In this document: piece by piece, positions 1 through 8,303 of the stretch | Numbering within the stretch: the first letter of the stretch is position 1 | Layout: each line of letters starts with the position of its first letter | Assembly: GCA_963718915.1 (NCBI GenBank) | Contig: CAVRAI010000009.1 | Span: forward strand, 240,001 to 272,000 | Origin: an uncultured Chloroflexia bacterium | Lineage (GTDB): Bacteria > Chloroflexota > Ktedonobacteria > Ktedonobacterales > JADMIN01 | Direction: 5' to 3' | Length of the DNA: 32,000 bases | Notes under the pieces: generated by a model | Seen by the model: only the letters and a program-made list of their open reading frames with translations | What the model was told of the DNA's origin: nothing | Database searches by the model: none | Program-made: the position numbers and the translations under genes

Positions 1-895
1 CCACGGCGAGAAACCCGATTCCAGGAATCTGGAAGAGGGTCTCGGTAAAGAACGCGCCGCCAACGACGAACGCCACCGCCGGACCAAGGGCCGTTACCAG
101 AGGCACCAGCGCGTTGCGGAAGGCATGGCGCACCACGACAACGCGCTCGCGCACGCCTTTTGCGCGCGCGGTTCTGACGTAATCCTGTTCAAGCACCTCG
201 AGCATTGTCGTGCGTGTTAAGCGCGCATAAAAGCCTAGACCCAGCAAGGTAAGGAGCAATATCGGACCCACCGCGTGGATATCGAAAAGCCCGTTCCATC
301 CAGATACCGGCAGGAAAGGCAGATTGTGCAGTGAGAGGTACACCATCACCAGTTGGAAGATCGGAATCGAAATAAAGGTAGGGATTGCGTAGAGGGCGAG
401 CGCGGTGGTCATGCTTGTGGTATCAAGCTTGCTCCCCGCACGCACAGCGGCAATGATACCAACCGGCACTCCAATGATCACCTGCAAGAAGAGGGAGGTC
501 AGGCCGAGTTGCGCCGAGATCGGCACGCCACTACCAAGGATATCTAAGACCCTACGCCCGCGCTGCGTAAAAGAAATCCCCAGGTCGAAGTGCAGCAGGT
601 TATTCAGAAAATTACCGTACTGCTGATACCAGGGGAGATCGAGATGATACAGATGATTGAGTTGGGCGATGCCCGCCGCGGTACATTTGGGCTGACAAAG
701 CAATTCCACCGGAGAGCCAGGGGAGACGTAGCCGAGGATAAAGGTAATAAACGTGACACCGAACAACACGAAGACAAGGCCCGCGAGTCGTCTGATAAGA
801 AATCGGGGGCCGATACGAATGCCCCCATAGGCCAACACACCGACCAGGAGCAGTACGACGATAATGGCGGGCAGGCTAGAGAGGAGTTGATCCAC
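1..895 (-). CDS. ABC transporter permease, DppB/OppB type (peptide/nickel family); 3' end cut by the window edge
   Basis: Missing from the ORF track because it runs off the left edge. Minus-strand GTG at 895-893 is preceded by AAGGAGG (complement of 903-909) with a 7-nt spacer. My translation reads without stops to base 2: VDQLLSSLPAIIVVLLLVGVLAYGGIRIGPRFLIRRLAGLVFVLFGVTFITFILGYVSPGSPVELL...LGFYARLTRTTMLEVLEQDYVRTARAKGVRERVVVVRHAFRNALVPLVTALGPAVAFVVGGAFFTETLFQIPGIGFLAV. The segments 'DYVRTARAKG' and 'TE.lF..PGiG' are the classic DppB/OppB permease signatures. It lies downstream of the family-5 binding-protein gene on the same strand. Confidence 0.85.
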   Translation of the reverse strand, partial: MDQLLSSLPAIIVVLLLVGVLAYGGIRIGPRFLIRRLAGLVFVLFGVTFITFILGYVSPGSPVELLCQPKCTAAGIAQLNHLYHLDLPWYQQYGNFLNNLLHFDLGISFTQRGRRVLDILGSGVPISAQLGLTSLFLQVIIGVPVGIIAAVRAGSKLDTTSMTTALALYAIPTFISIPIFQLVMVYLSLHNLPFLPVSGWNGLFDIHAVGPILLLTLLGLGFYARLTRTTMLEVLEQDYVRTARAKGVRERVVVVRHAFRNALVPLVTALGPAVAFVVGGAFFTETLFQIPGIGFLAV

Positions 896-920
896 TGAGA
901 CGCCTCCTTTGCACGATGTC

Positions 921-963
921 ATCAACGAGCGAATCAAACGAGCGAATCAAACGAGCGAATCAC
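921..963. repeat. Tandem repeat, 13-bp unit acgagcgaatcaa, about 3.3 copies
   Basis: Read directly. Units at 925-937 and 938-950 are identical. The unit at 951-963 differs only in its last base. A partial unit 'atca' sits at 921-924. On the minus strand the repeat lies 26-68 nt upstream of the permease start codon. Confidence 0.9.
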
Positions 964-1049
964 GAATGCGGAAGAGCGACGATGTGTGGTCACCAGTGCT
1001 GTTCGGGTACACAGCCAGGTTCCATGCCAGATCATCGGTAGATAGCCCT

Positions 1050-1071
1050 CTGCGCAACACCTGCGCAACAC
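1050..1071. repeat. Perfect tandem duplication, 11-bp unit ctgcgcaacac x2
   Basis: Read directly at 1050-1060 and 1061-1071, in the non-coding spacer between the binding-protein and permease genes. Confidence 0.9.
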
Positions 1072-1598
1072 CTTGATCAGCGTGTTTGACCACCTGTGGC
1101 AAAGCCATTGAGCTATTGACGAACTGTGTTTGCTGGTTTTACACACCCATCGCCTCTGGCGCGCCTCCACCGGGCATTCCCGGCAAGCGTACAACGGATT
1201 CGCTCAGCTGAGTAGGAGGCGAAAGGCCAGATAACATGGGAAGGTATGATTGCCACCATAGTATCACAAGGAGCGACGTGCGCAAGAGGATTAGGCCCGC
1301 GCTCGCAGTGGTACTGGATGGGACATCACATAACGCGCCTGTAGTCTGCGTGTGACTCGATACAATTACGGTGAGAAGCGCACAACAAACCCGCGGAAAT
1401 GGGAAGAAAGTACAGGCAGCCTTCAACAAAGGCCACACGAACGCATTGCCGTGAGTTCTCTGTCCGCTTCTTTGCTGGTTCTTCGCGAACCGCCTGCCCC
1501 TACTCCAAAAAAGAGTTGGGACAGGCGGCCTGTGGATGCGCCAATCGAGACTTCTTACGAAGCAGGTATCAGCGCACCCCGAAGAACGCTACATGCGA

Positions 1599-3320
1599 CT
1601 AGTGATTCGCGATGTAGGAGGACTGCCAGGCGGGCAGCGGGAAGGATCCCTGAGCGGTCTGGACAAAGCCACCCTTGACCCACGTGCGTACGCGATAGTA
1701 GTTCTGGTACTGTGACGTTGGGCACCAGGCAACCTGGTCGACAATCATCTGCTCAGCCTGATTGTACAGCGGAACGCGCTGGCTCATATCCTGAAGTCCA
1801 TCGGCCTGCTTCATCAGGGCGTCGGCCTCTGGGATACTGGCATTCTGCTCGTTGTACGGCGAATCCGTCGAGAAGAGCAGTGTCGTCCAGTCCTCAGGAT
1901 CTGGATAGTCTGCGGCCCACGCGAAGCGGTAGAGCTGGAGGGTCTTAGACTGCTCCTCCTGGAGGATGGTCTTCCAGGCGGTCTGGTCAATGGTCGCGTT
2001 GATGCCGAAGAGCTGGTTCCAGGTGGCCTGGTAGGCCTCGGCGCTCAACTTGGACGTGTTCGACGAGAGGTTGAAGGACAGCTTGATCGGCGGAACCTTG
2101 TTGCCATGAGCGGCAAGGTACTGAGCCCAGTACGCCTTGGCCTTGGTCTGGTCGCCAGAGGTTGGCGCGCCATCAATGCCCTGCAGGTTCGCGTTGTAGC
2201 CCGGCATGCCCTTCGGCACGACGTGCCAGTTGGGGATCTGAGTGCCCTTCGCGATGCTCTGGTTGAGCTGGTCGCGGTTGATGGCGAGGCAGAACGCCTT
2301 GCGGGCGTTGACATCGTCAAATGGCGCGATCTTCCAGTTCATCATGAAGCCACCGATAATCAGGGTCGCCTGCTCGTGGTAGTCGGGAAGACTCTTCGCG
2401 GCGGCGATCTGGTCCACGGGGATCGTGTCGGTGTAGGCAAGCGTCTGGTCGGTCTGGTAGGTGCTGTACTCAGTGTCGGTCGAGGAGAAGAGCTTGAAGT
2501 CAACTGTTGTGAAGTTCGGCTTCGTGCCCCACCAGTGCGGGTTCTGCTTCATTGTCAGCACACCCTGGTGATCCCACGCCGAGACGTAGAACATGCCACT
2601 GCCACCCTGGCCAGTCGCGCCCTTGGCGAGGTTGTCGAGCCAGGTGTCGTCTTTGCCGAGGCCAGCGCCAGAAACGACGCTCTTCTCAACAGCAAACGAC
2701 GTGGAGTAGGTCAGCGCCTCAAGGAAATAGCCAGCGGGCTGCGCCAGCTTGAGGGTCAGCGTGTTGGCGCTGTCATCGGGGATGATCGAGTCGCCGACCA
2801 GCGTCGTGATGGCGCCCACCGGTTGGTCATTGGTGCAGGTCTCGCCACTGAAGGTGCTGGCGTCTTTGATGGTCGAGAGGTAGTAGCTCAACTGCGACCC
2901 GAGGCACGGGTTGGCTGAGCGGTCAATCGACCAGGCGAAGTCCGACGGCTTCACCGCGGTGCCGTCAGAAAACTTCTGGTTCGGCTGCAGGGTGAAGGTG
3001 TAGGTCGTGCCATCGCTGCTGACGGTCCAGCTCTTGGCGGCCCACGGGATGACGTTCAGGCCCTTGTCGAGCGTGACCAGGCCATCGAAGAGCATCGACT
3101 CAAGCGGGCCGCACGAGGTGTCAGAGCACTGTGCGGGGTCGAGAGTGGTGATGTCAGCGCCGCCACCGGTCGCCCAGCCCAGGCGCAATGTCTGATCTTT
3201 GGCCTTGTCGCCAGGGCCAGTGCTCGTGGTGCCTGTACCGCAGGCAGTCGCCAGCAGGGCAAGGGTGCCCAGCAAGACGATCAGTCCAGCGATACCAAAC
3301 TTGCGGTTTCCCAATCGCAT
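1599..3320 (-). CDS. ABC transporter substrate-binding lipoprotein, family 5 (oligopeptide/dipeptide/nickel type)
   Basis: ORF 1599..3347. I prefer the internal ATG at 3320 (MRLGNRKFGIAGLIVLLGTLALLATACG), which has AGGAG 8 nt upstream. It has a signal peptide with lipobox LATAC. Family-5 style N-terminal region: 'LRLGWATGGGADITTLDPAQ...LFDGLVTLDKGLNVIPWAAKSWTVSSDGTTYTFTLQPNQKFSDGTAVKPSDFAWSIDR'. Length is about 570 aa. Confidence 0.9.
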   Translation of the reverse strand: MRLGNRKFGIAGLIVLLGTLALLATACGTGTTSTGPGDKAKDQTLRLGWATGGGADITTLDPAQCSDTSCGPLESMLFDGLVTLDKGLNVIPWAAKSWTVSSDGTTYTFTLQPNQKFSDGTAVKPSDFAWSIDRSANPCLGSQLSYYLSTIKDASTFSGETCTNDQPVGAITTLVGDSIIPDDSANTLTLKLAQPAGYFLEALTYSTSFAVEKSVVSGAGLGKDDTWLDNLAKGATGQGGSGMFYVSAWDHQGVLTMKQNPHWWGTKPNFTTVDFKLFSSTDTEYSTYQTDQTLAYTDTIPVDQIAAAKSLPDYHEQATLIIGGFMMNWKIAPFDDVNARKAFCLAINRDQLNQSIAKGTQIPNWHVVPKGMPGYNANLQGIDGAPTSGDQTKAKAYWAQYLAAHGNKVPPIKLSFNLSSNTSKLSAEAYQATWNQLFGINATIDQTAWKTILQEEQSKTLQLYRFAWAADYPDPEDWTTLLFSTDSPYNEQNASIPEADALMKQADGLQDMSQRVPLYNQAEQMIVDQVAWCPTSQYQNYYRVRTWVKGGFVQTAQGSFPLPAWQSSYIANH

Positions 3321-3929
3321 GCAATTTTCTCCTAGGTGATGTAACAAGAGCGGTATCGGTGTCTTAGGTCGGTTCGCATGCCTCCGACCAGACAGAGAGC
3401 GTGGTGGTATTCGTCTCTGGAAGCCTTTGCGCCAATAAAGCGGAGGCGCGGAGCTTTCGAAATCTGGTAGTGAGCATGTCTCCCGACATGACGTCCGTGC
3501 GCGAGTCTTGCGTCACCTCCCTTCGCAATCGCGACACCGCGTGGCATTGTGCGCGCATGCGCACACCAGCGCTGTATCAGTCGCGAGGGCTTACTGCTGA
3601 TAAACCTCAATGCCGTCGGTCCATCCGACGAGTAGGACATCCGGTACTCCGCTTCGAGAAGCGCCTATTCACAAGAAGCGCTTCCGTCGGATTGCCGGCG
3701 CGGTAGCGGGTATCGCCACCGCACTGACCTTCCTGCCCACGCGGATCGGCGTATCGTTCGCCTTCTCCTGTCTACCTCCTGTCTACCTCCCTTCGACTCT
3801 CTCTAACGTCTCTACGCCATGTGAGTCACTCGTTGCGCCTGCACGCTTTCGGATCGCGCCAGACAGGCAAATACAGTCACTCCTCACCTGGAATCAACTG
3901 GGCGCGCGGCATAAACACCATAGAAATCG

Positions 3930-5054
3930 TCAATAGGACAAATCATCCGATGATGTGATGAATCCGGTATCGCTACTCAGCGCGGCGCCACGAGATACCA
4001 GATAATAGAGTTCACGACCCTGTGGCTTCTGGAATACTTGCATGAAACTCTCTCCCAGAACATGTAGCGTCACCGGGTTGGGGTGCAGAATACGGTTGTT
4101 GGTGACGGTCAGCGTGCGAGCCAATTTGACCAGTTCCGCCTCATTGGCGCCATCCCGCTGATCGCCGACGATCCAGAAGACGACCCCGTCCCGTTCAATC
4201 ATCAATTCACTGCGGATTCCAAACTGCCACGTGGGAGCATCCATCATCTGCTGCTGGCGAATCGCCCGCTCTGACCAGATGCCATCCACATAGACCGCTG
4301 GTGTCCCGTCAATATTCAGCCAGGTCGCCGAGCCTGTCTCCACCATCTGTAGCACCGCCGCGAGATCCGATGCAACCTGGAACTCGCGGATGTCGAGCAC
4401 GCCCGACCCTGGAGTGTCCCCGGAAATAGTGTATTGCATCTCGATCGTTGACCCATTTGACCAGCGCTGAGCAGGGAGCACCCGCGCGCCACTGAAGTCA
4501 TAGTTGTCAGCCTTAGCGCCAAGCCAATAGATAGGGAAAGTTGGGTTTGGCGTCGCTGTTCTGTGGGGAGTAGTGGGAAGTGATGCGCTGACCTCGCTGG
4601 GATAGTGGCTCACCTGCCGCACGCCGGTATGCGTCAGCAACAACTGCACTCCTGCCGCGAACGATGGGCTTGCCACTACCACGCTAAAGACCATCAGCAG
4701 CGCCACCGCAACGAGCGAGGCCGAGAGCGGCCGTGAGACGCGACCGAACGCCTGGCGAACGTTGTCCCAGGGCGTGTGTGACTGGCAGGGAAAAAGCGGA
4801 CCCCGCTGCAGGCTAAGGCGGGAGAACACGTTATATGTCAGCTTCTGCTCGAAGCCGGGAGGTGTTGGGGAATGCCGCTCATCCTCGATGACCGTCTGAA
4901 TGAATTGAGGCGGCAGGATTTCTGCTTCGAGCGGAAACAACTCACGCAATTCGCTGGCGAAGACTGCCTCTTCGAGCGAAAAGTCCGCAGGGAATCGCTG
5001 CTCTGTGTGATCGGTTCCAGCGCTATCCCTCCTGGTGCGCTCGAACTCTCTCAT
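3930..5054 (-). CDS. Putative anti-sigma factor: single-pass membrane protein with DUF4367-like extracytoplasmic domain
   Basis: Lies immediately downstream of the ECF sigma gene and overlaps it by 32 nt. Start chosen at ATG 5054 (MREFERTRR...), which has GAGGAG 7 nt upstream. One TM segment (LSASLVAVALLMVFSVVVASPSF). The C-terminal end 'LMIERDGVVFWIVGDQRDGANEAELVKLARTL' resembles the conserved end of DUF4367 domains found on anti-sigma factors. I saw no HxxxCxxC zinc motif, so the anti-sigma role rests on context. Confidence 0.65.
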   Translation of the reverse strand: MREFERTRRDSAGTDHTEQRFPADFSLEEAVFASELRELFPLEAEILPPQFIQTVIEDERHSPTPPGFEQKLTYNVFSRLSLQRGPLFPCQSHTPWDNVRQAFGRVSRPLSASLVAVALLMVFSVVVASPSFAAGVQLLLTHTGVRQVSHYPSEVSASLPTTPHRTATPNPTFPIYWLGAKADNYDFSGARVLPAQRWSNGSTIEMQYTISGDTPGSGVLDIREFQVASDLAAVLQMVETGSATWLNIDGTPAVYVDGIWSERAIRQQQMMDAPTWQFGIRSELMIERDGVVFWIVGDQRDGANEAELVKLARTLTVTNNRILHPNPVTLHVLGESFMQVFQKPQGRELYYLVSRGAALSSDTGFITSSDDLSY

Positions 5055-5664
5055 GTGTCCGCTCCTCAAGGATGACGCGCAACGCTTTACGCGCCCGCCA
5101 CAGTCGAGTGTCTATCGCATGGCGCGAGAGTCCGGTCTTACCAGAGATCTCATCGGTTGTCGCCAGGCAAAGATATCGCATGTAGACCAGATAGCGATCA
5201 AGGGCGGGAAGGGCATCCAGGGCGTGCGCCAGTTCTTCACGGCGTTCGCGCTGTTCGAGCAACCCCTCCATGCTATTCTCCGTTAATTGTGAGAGCGGCA
5301 ACTCCAGCGATCGATACTCTCTCGTCGTGCCATTGCTGGGGCTCACGCTATCGAGAGATGTCACCGCCGCCTGGCGTCGCTGAACCTGTCGTCGCCGATC
5401 CAGTGCGATATATTTCGCACGCATCGTCAGCCACGTTCGCAACGACCCCCGAGCCGGATCAAAGGCTCCAATGTCCTGCCAGACCACAATAAACAGATCA
5501 CTTGCACACTCCTCAGCATCCTGAGAAGTGCCGATCCCATCGAGCACCACGCGGATAAAATACGACATCTCGCGCGAATAGCGCCTCATAAGAGCCTCAA
5601 GGGCAAGCGGATCCCGCTTGACCAGACCCCAGTATAAAGCGTCATCGGGCCACTCGTCGTGCAC
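5023..5664 (-). CDS. RNA polymerase sigma factor, sigma-70 family, ECF type
   Basis: GTG start at 5664 with GAGGAG 7 nt upstream. Region 2: 'DAEECASDLFIVVWQDIGAFDPARGSLRTWLTMRAKYIALDRRRQ'. Region 4 helix-turn-helix: 'LDALPALDRYLVYMRYLCLATTDEISGKTGLSRHAIDTRLWRARKALR'. Confidence 0.9.
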   Translation of the reverse strand: MHDEWPDDALYWGLVKRDPLALEALMRRYSREMSYFIRVVLDGIGTSQDAEECASDLFIVVWQDIGAFDPARGSLRTWLTMRAKYIALDRRRQVQRRQAAVTSLDSVSPSNGTTREYRSLELPLSQLTENSMEGLLEQRERREELAHALDALPALDRYLVYMRYLCLATTDEISGKTGLSRHAIDTRLWRARKALRVILEERTHERVRAHQEG

Positions 5665-6255
5665 CGTTTGTCTCCTCGCGCTTCCATCCTACCCAGCCTC
5701 GATGCCGGTCACCGCAACGTCGCGGTGTGGATGTGACGGACGATGATGTGTGCTATCCCGGTGCCACATTTGGTCATACTTCACAGTACTACGCATGGTG
5801 TGACAGATATCTCACACCACCCGTTTTCTGGCTCGTGCAAAAAAGACTGCGGAGCGGAGCAGCGATCTTCGCGCGAACCACCGGGAGAAGTTGTCCGCAA
5901 TTCTTACCGATTCTTGGGTACTTTGTCAAGTGCCAATTGTTAAGCTGGAATTATTCGCGTATTCTTCGCCTATTCTGCGCATACCCGCGAACCTCGTACC
6001 AGGCCAATACAGGCCAATACAGCATGCGCCATCTGGCCATCCGCGCACTTCTCGCACATGCTGTGGCATACCTTCAGCATACCATCAAGTGAGGCACGCC
6101 GTGCTGGACGCAACATCCACTTTGCGCGGATAATGGCTGAGACAGGCTCATCCACCGCGCGTCGAAGCGCGAGATGCGTGGGATAATCCACGCGACGAAT
6201 TTGTAGCGCTATTTGAAGCGATATAGCAGGCATATCAGGCAGGTAAGGGGCAGGC

Positions 6256-7710
6256 ATGAGGGTAGACGACGGCTGGCGCGATATCGTGACAACACCAGGC
6301 GACCCCAATGGGCTACGCGGGCGGCGTGTGCTGGTGATGGGCCTGGGCATACTTGGCGGCGGCGTGGCGACCGCGCGCTATGCCGTCGCGCAGGGAGCCG
6401 CCGAGGTGATTGTCACTGATCTACGCGGGCCAGAGATGCTCGCAACGAGCATAGCCAAGCTCGAAGGATTGCCCATCCGTTATGTGCTGGGCCGCCACGA
6501 TACCGCCGACTTCGAGCAGGCTGATGTGGTCGTGCGTAACCCCAACGTCCGGCGCGATTCCCCCTATCTGGCGGCGGCGCGCGCGGCGGGACAGCGCGTG
6601 GAGATGGAGATTGCCTGGTTTTTCCGCGCCTGTCCCGGGAAGATCGCGGGTATCACCGGCACGCGCGGCAAAAGTACGACGACCACGCTGCTGCATCATA
6701 TCCTGACCGTCGCGGGCAGGCATCCATTCCTGGGCGGCAACCTTGGCAATATCGAGACGCTCTCGCTGCTGCCCGCGATCACCGCCGACGACTGGGTCGT
6801 GCTGGAACTGGGCAACTGGATGCTCGAAGGGCTTCACCCCATCCGCCGCAGCCCGCATCTGACCATCTTCACCAATCTCATGCCTGACCATCTCAACGCC
6901 TACGACTCGATGGAAGACTACGGCGAGGCCAAATCGAGTATCTTCCGCTATCAGGGGCCTGATGACATCGCGCTCTTCAACGCCGACAACGCCTACACCC
7001 TGCGTTACGGTCAGGAGGCGCCCGCCGGAACTGTCTGGTACTACAGCCCGGAGGCGCGCACCGCCTGGCTGCGCGACCAGCCCGATACCCGACACCCCTT
7101 CGCATACGCCAATGACATTCGCTTGCGTGGACATCACAATCTTGGCAATGTGCAGGTCGCGACGCTGGCCGCCGAGCAGATGGGTGTGGAGCGCGGCGAG
7201 ACGATTGCGCGCGCCGTCGCCAGCTTCATGGGCGTGCCGCATCGGCTGGAGGTGGTGCGCACACTAAACGGCGTCACCTGGGTTAACGATAGCGCCAGCA
7301 CCGCTCCGATGGCGGGCGTGGCGGCGCTGCGCAGTTTCGAGGAGCCTATCGTGCTGATTGCCGGAGGCAACACCAAGAATCTTGACGCCTCTGACTATGC
7401 GGCGGAGGCGGTCACGCGCGCCAAACATATCATCCTGCTGGCGGGTAACGCATCGGATGCGTTTGCCGATGCGCTACGGGCGGCGGCACAGGCGCAGGGC
7501 CGGGCGGATGATCTGGTCGAGGGACCATATGACAGTCTGCCACATGCCATCGAATGTGCGCGCGCGGCGGCGGCGCAGGGCGATGTGGCGCTGCTCTCGC
7601 CGGGCTTCACCAGCTTCGGTATGTTCCTCAACGAATTCGACCGCGGCGACCAGTTCCGCGCGCTGGTTCAGGGGCTGCCCGCTGACCCTGACGGCGAGGC
7701 GCGGCCATGA
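6256..7710 (+). CDS. murD: UDP-N-acetylmuramoyl-L-alanine--D-glutamate ligase (MurD-type Mur ligase)
   Basis: N-terminal Rossmann segment 'VLVMGLGILGGGVATARYAVAQGAAEVIVTD'. P-loop 'GITGTRGKSTTTTLL'. 'GVPHRLEVV', 'WVNDSASTAP' (the position of the E. coli NDSKATN motif), and C-terminal 'LLSPGFTSFGMFLNEFDRGDQF' (compare LSPACASLDQFKNFEQRG). 484 aa. Confidence 0.85.
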   Translation: MRVDDGWRDIVTTPGDPNGLRGRRVLVMGLGILGGGVATARYAVAQGAAEVIVTDLRGPEMLATSIAKLEGLPIRYVLGRHDTADFEQADVVVRNPNVRRDSPYLAAARAAGQRVEMEIAWFFRACPGKIAGITGTRGKSTTTTLLHHILTVAGRHPFLGGNLGNIETLSLLPAITADDWVVLELGNWMLEGLHPIRRSPHLTIFTNLMPDHLNAYDSMEDYGEAKSSIFRYQGPDDIALFNADNAYTLRYGQEAPAGTVWYYSPEARTAWLRDQPDTRHPFAYANDIRLRGHHNLGNVQVATLAAEQMGVERGETIARAVASFMGVPHRLEVVRTLNGVTWVNDSASTAPMAGVAALRSFEEPIVLIAGGNTKNLDASDYAAEAVTRAKHIILLAGNASDAFADALRAAAQAQGRADDLVEGPYDSLPHAIECARAAAAQGDVALLSPGFTSFGMFLNEFDRGDQFRALVQGLPADPDGEARP

Positions 7711-8285
7711 GCGGATCCATAAAGCGGCCTGGAGAGTGGGATGAGCCAGAGCAGCCGTGGACGACGCTGACGAGCGAGCAGCCGTATGTGACGCCGTGGC
7801 TAGCGATCCGCCGCGACACGGTGCGCACGCATACCGGCGACGAGATCACCTACTCGTACATGGAGCGCCCAGACTGCGTCGCCATCGTGCCGGTAACGGC
7901 GACCGGCGAGATGCTGCTGCTACGCCAGTATCGCTACCCGATACGCGCGTGGTGCTGGGAGATCCCGATGGGCGGCATCGAGGCTGGCGAAGACGCCGAG
8001 GCGACGGTGCGCCGCGAGCTATTGGAGGAGGCAGGTGGGCAGCCCGCGTCGCTGCGCTACATCACGACCTTTTACACGGCGAACGGCGCTGTCCGACAGC
8101 AGTGCATGGTCTACCTGGCGCGGGACGTCGAGTTGCGGCAGACCGAACACGAGCCGACGGAGCTGATCCACGTGACGAGCGTGCCCGTGGCCGAGGCGCT
8201 ACGGATGGCGCACGCGGGCGAGATCACCGATAGCCTGAGCGCGCTGTCTATCCTGCTCTGCGAGCCGTATCTATCTGTCAGCTAG
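7707..8285 (+). CDS. NUDIX hydrolase (ADP-ribose pyrophosphatase-like)
   Basis: Nudix box 'GGIEAGEDAEATVRRELLEEAGG' (G-x5-E-x7-REUxEExGU). Its ATG overlaps the murD stop as ATGA (7707-7710), which suggests translational coupling. Confidence 0.9.
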   Translation: MSGSIKRPGEWDEPEQPWTTLTSEQPYVTPWLAIRRDTVRTHTGDEITYSYMERPDCVAIVPVTATGEMLLLRQYRYPIRAWCWEIPMGGIEAGEDAEATVRRELLEEAGGQPASLRYITTFYTANGAVRQQCMVYLARDVELRQTEHEPTELIHVTSVPVAEALRMAHAGEITDSLSALSILLCEPYLSVS

Positions 8286-8303
8286 CCGCCATGGCTGGGC
8301 CTG

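Noticed and set aside
590-898. Plus-strand ORF 590..898 and minus-strand ORF 604..840 from the track
   Set aside because: Both lie inside the edge-truncated DppB-type permease gene (minus strand, 1..895), in a different frame or on the other strand. The permease frame has clear family signatures and a strong RBS.
921-963. Possibility that the short tandem repeats represent a CRISPR array
   Set aside because: The units are directly adjacent with no spacers, only 2-3 copies occur, the units are 10-13 bp, and there are no cas genes. They are simple tandem duplications.
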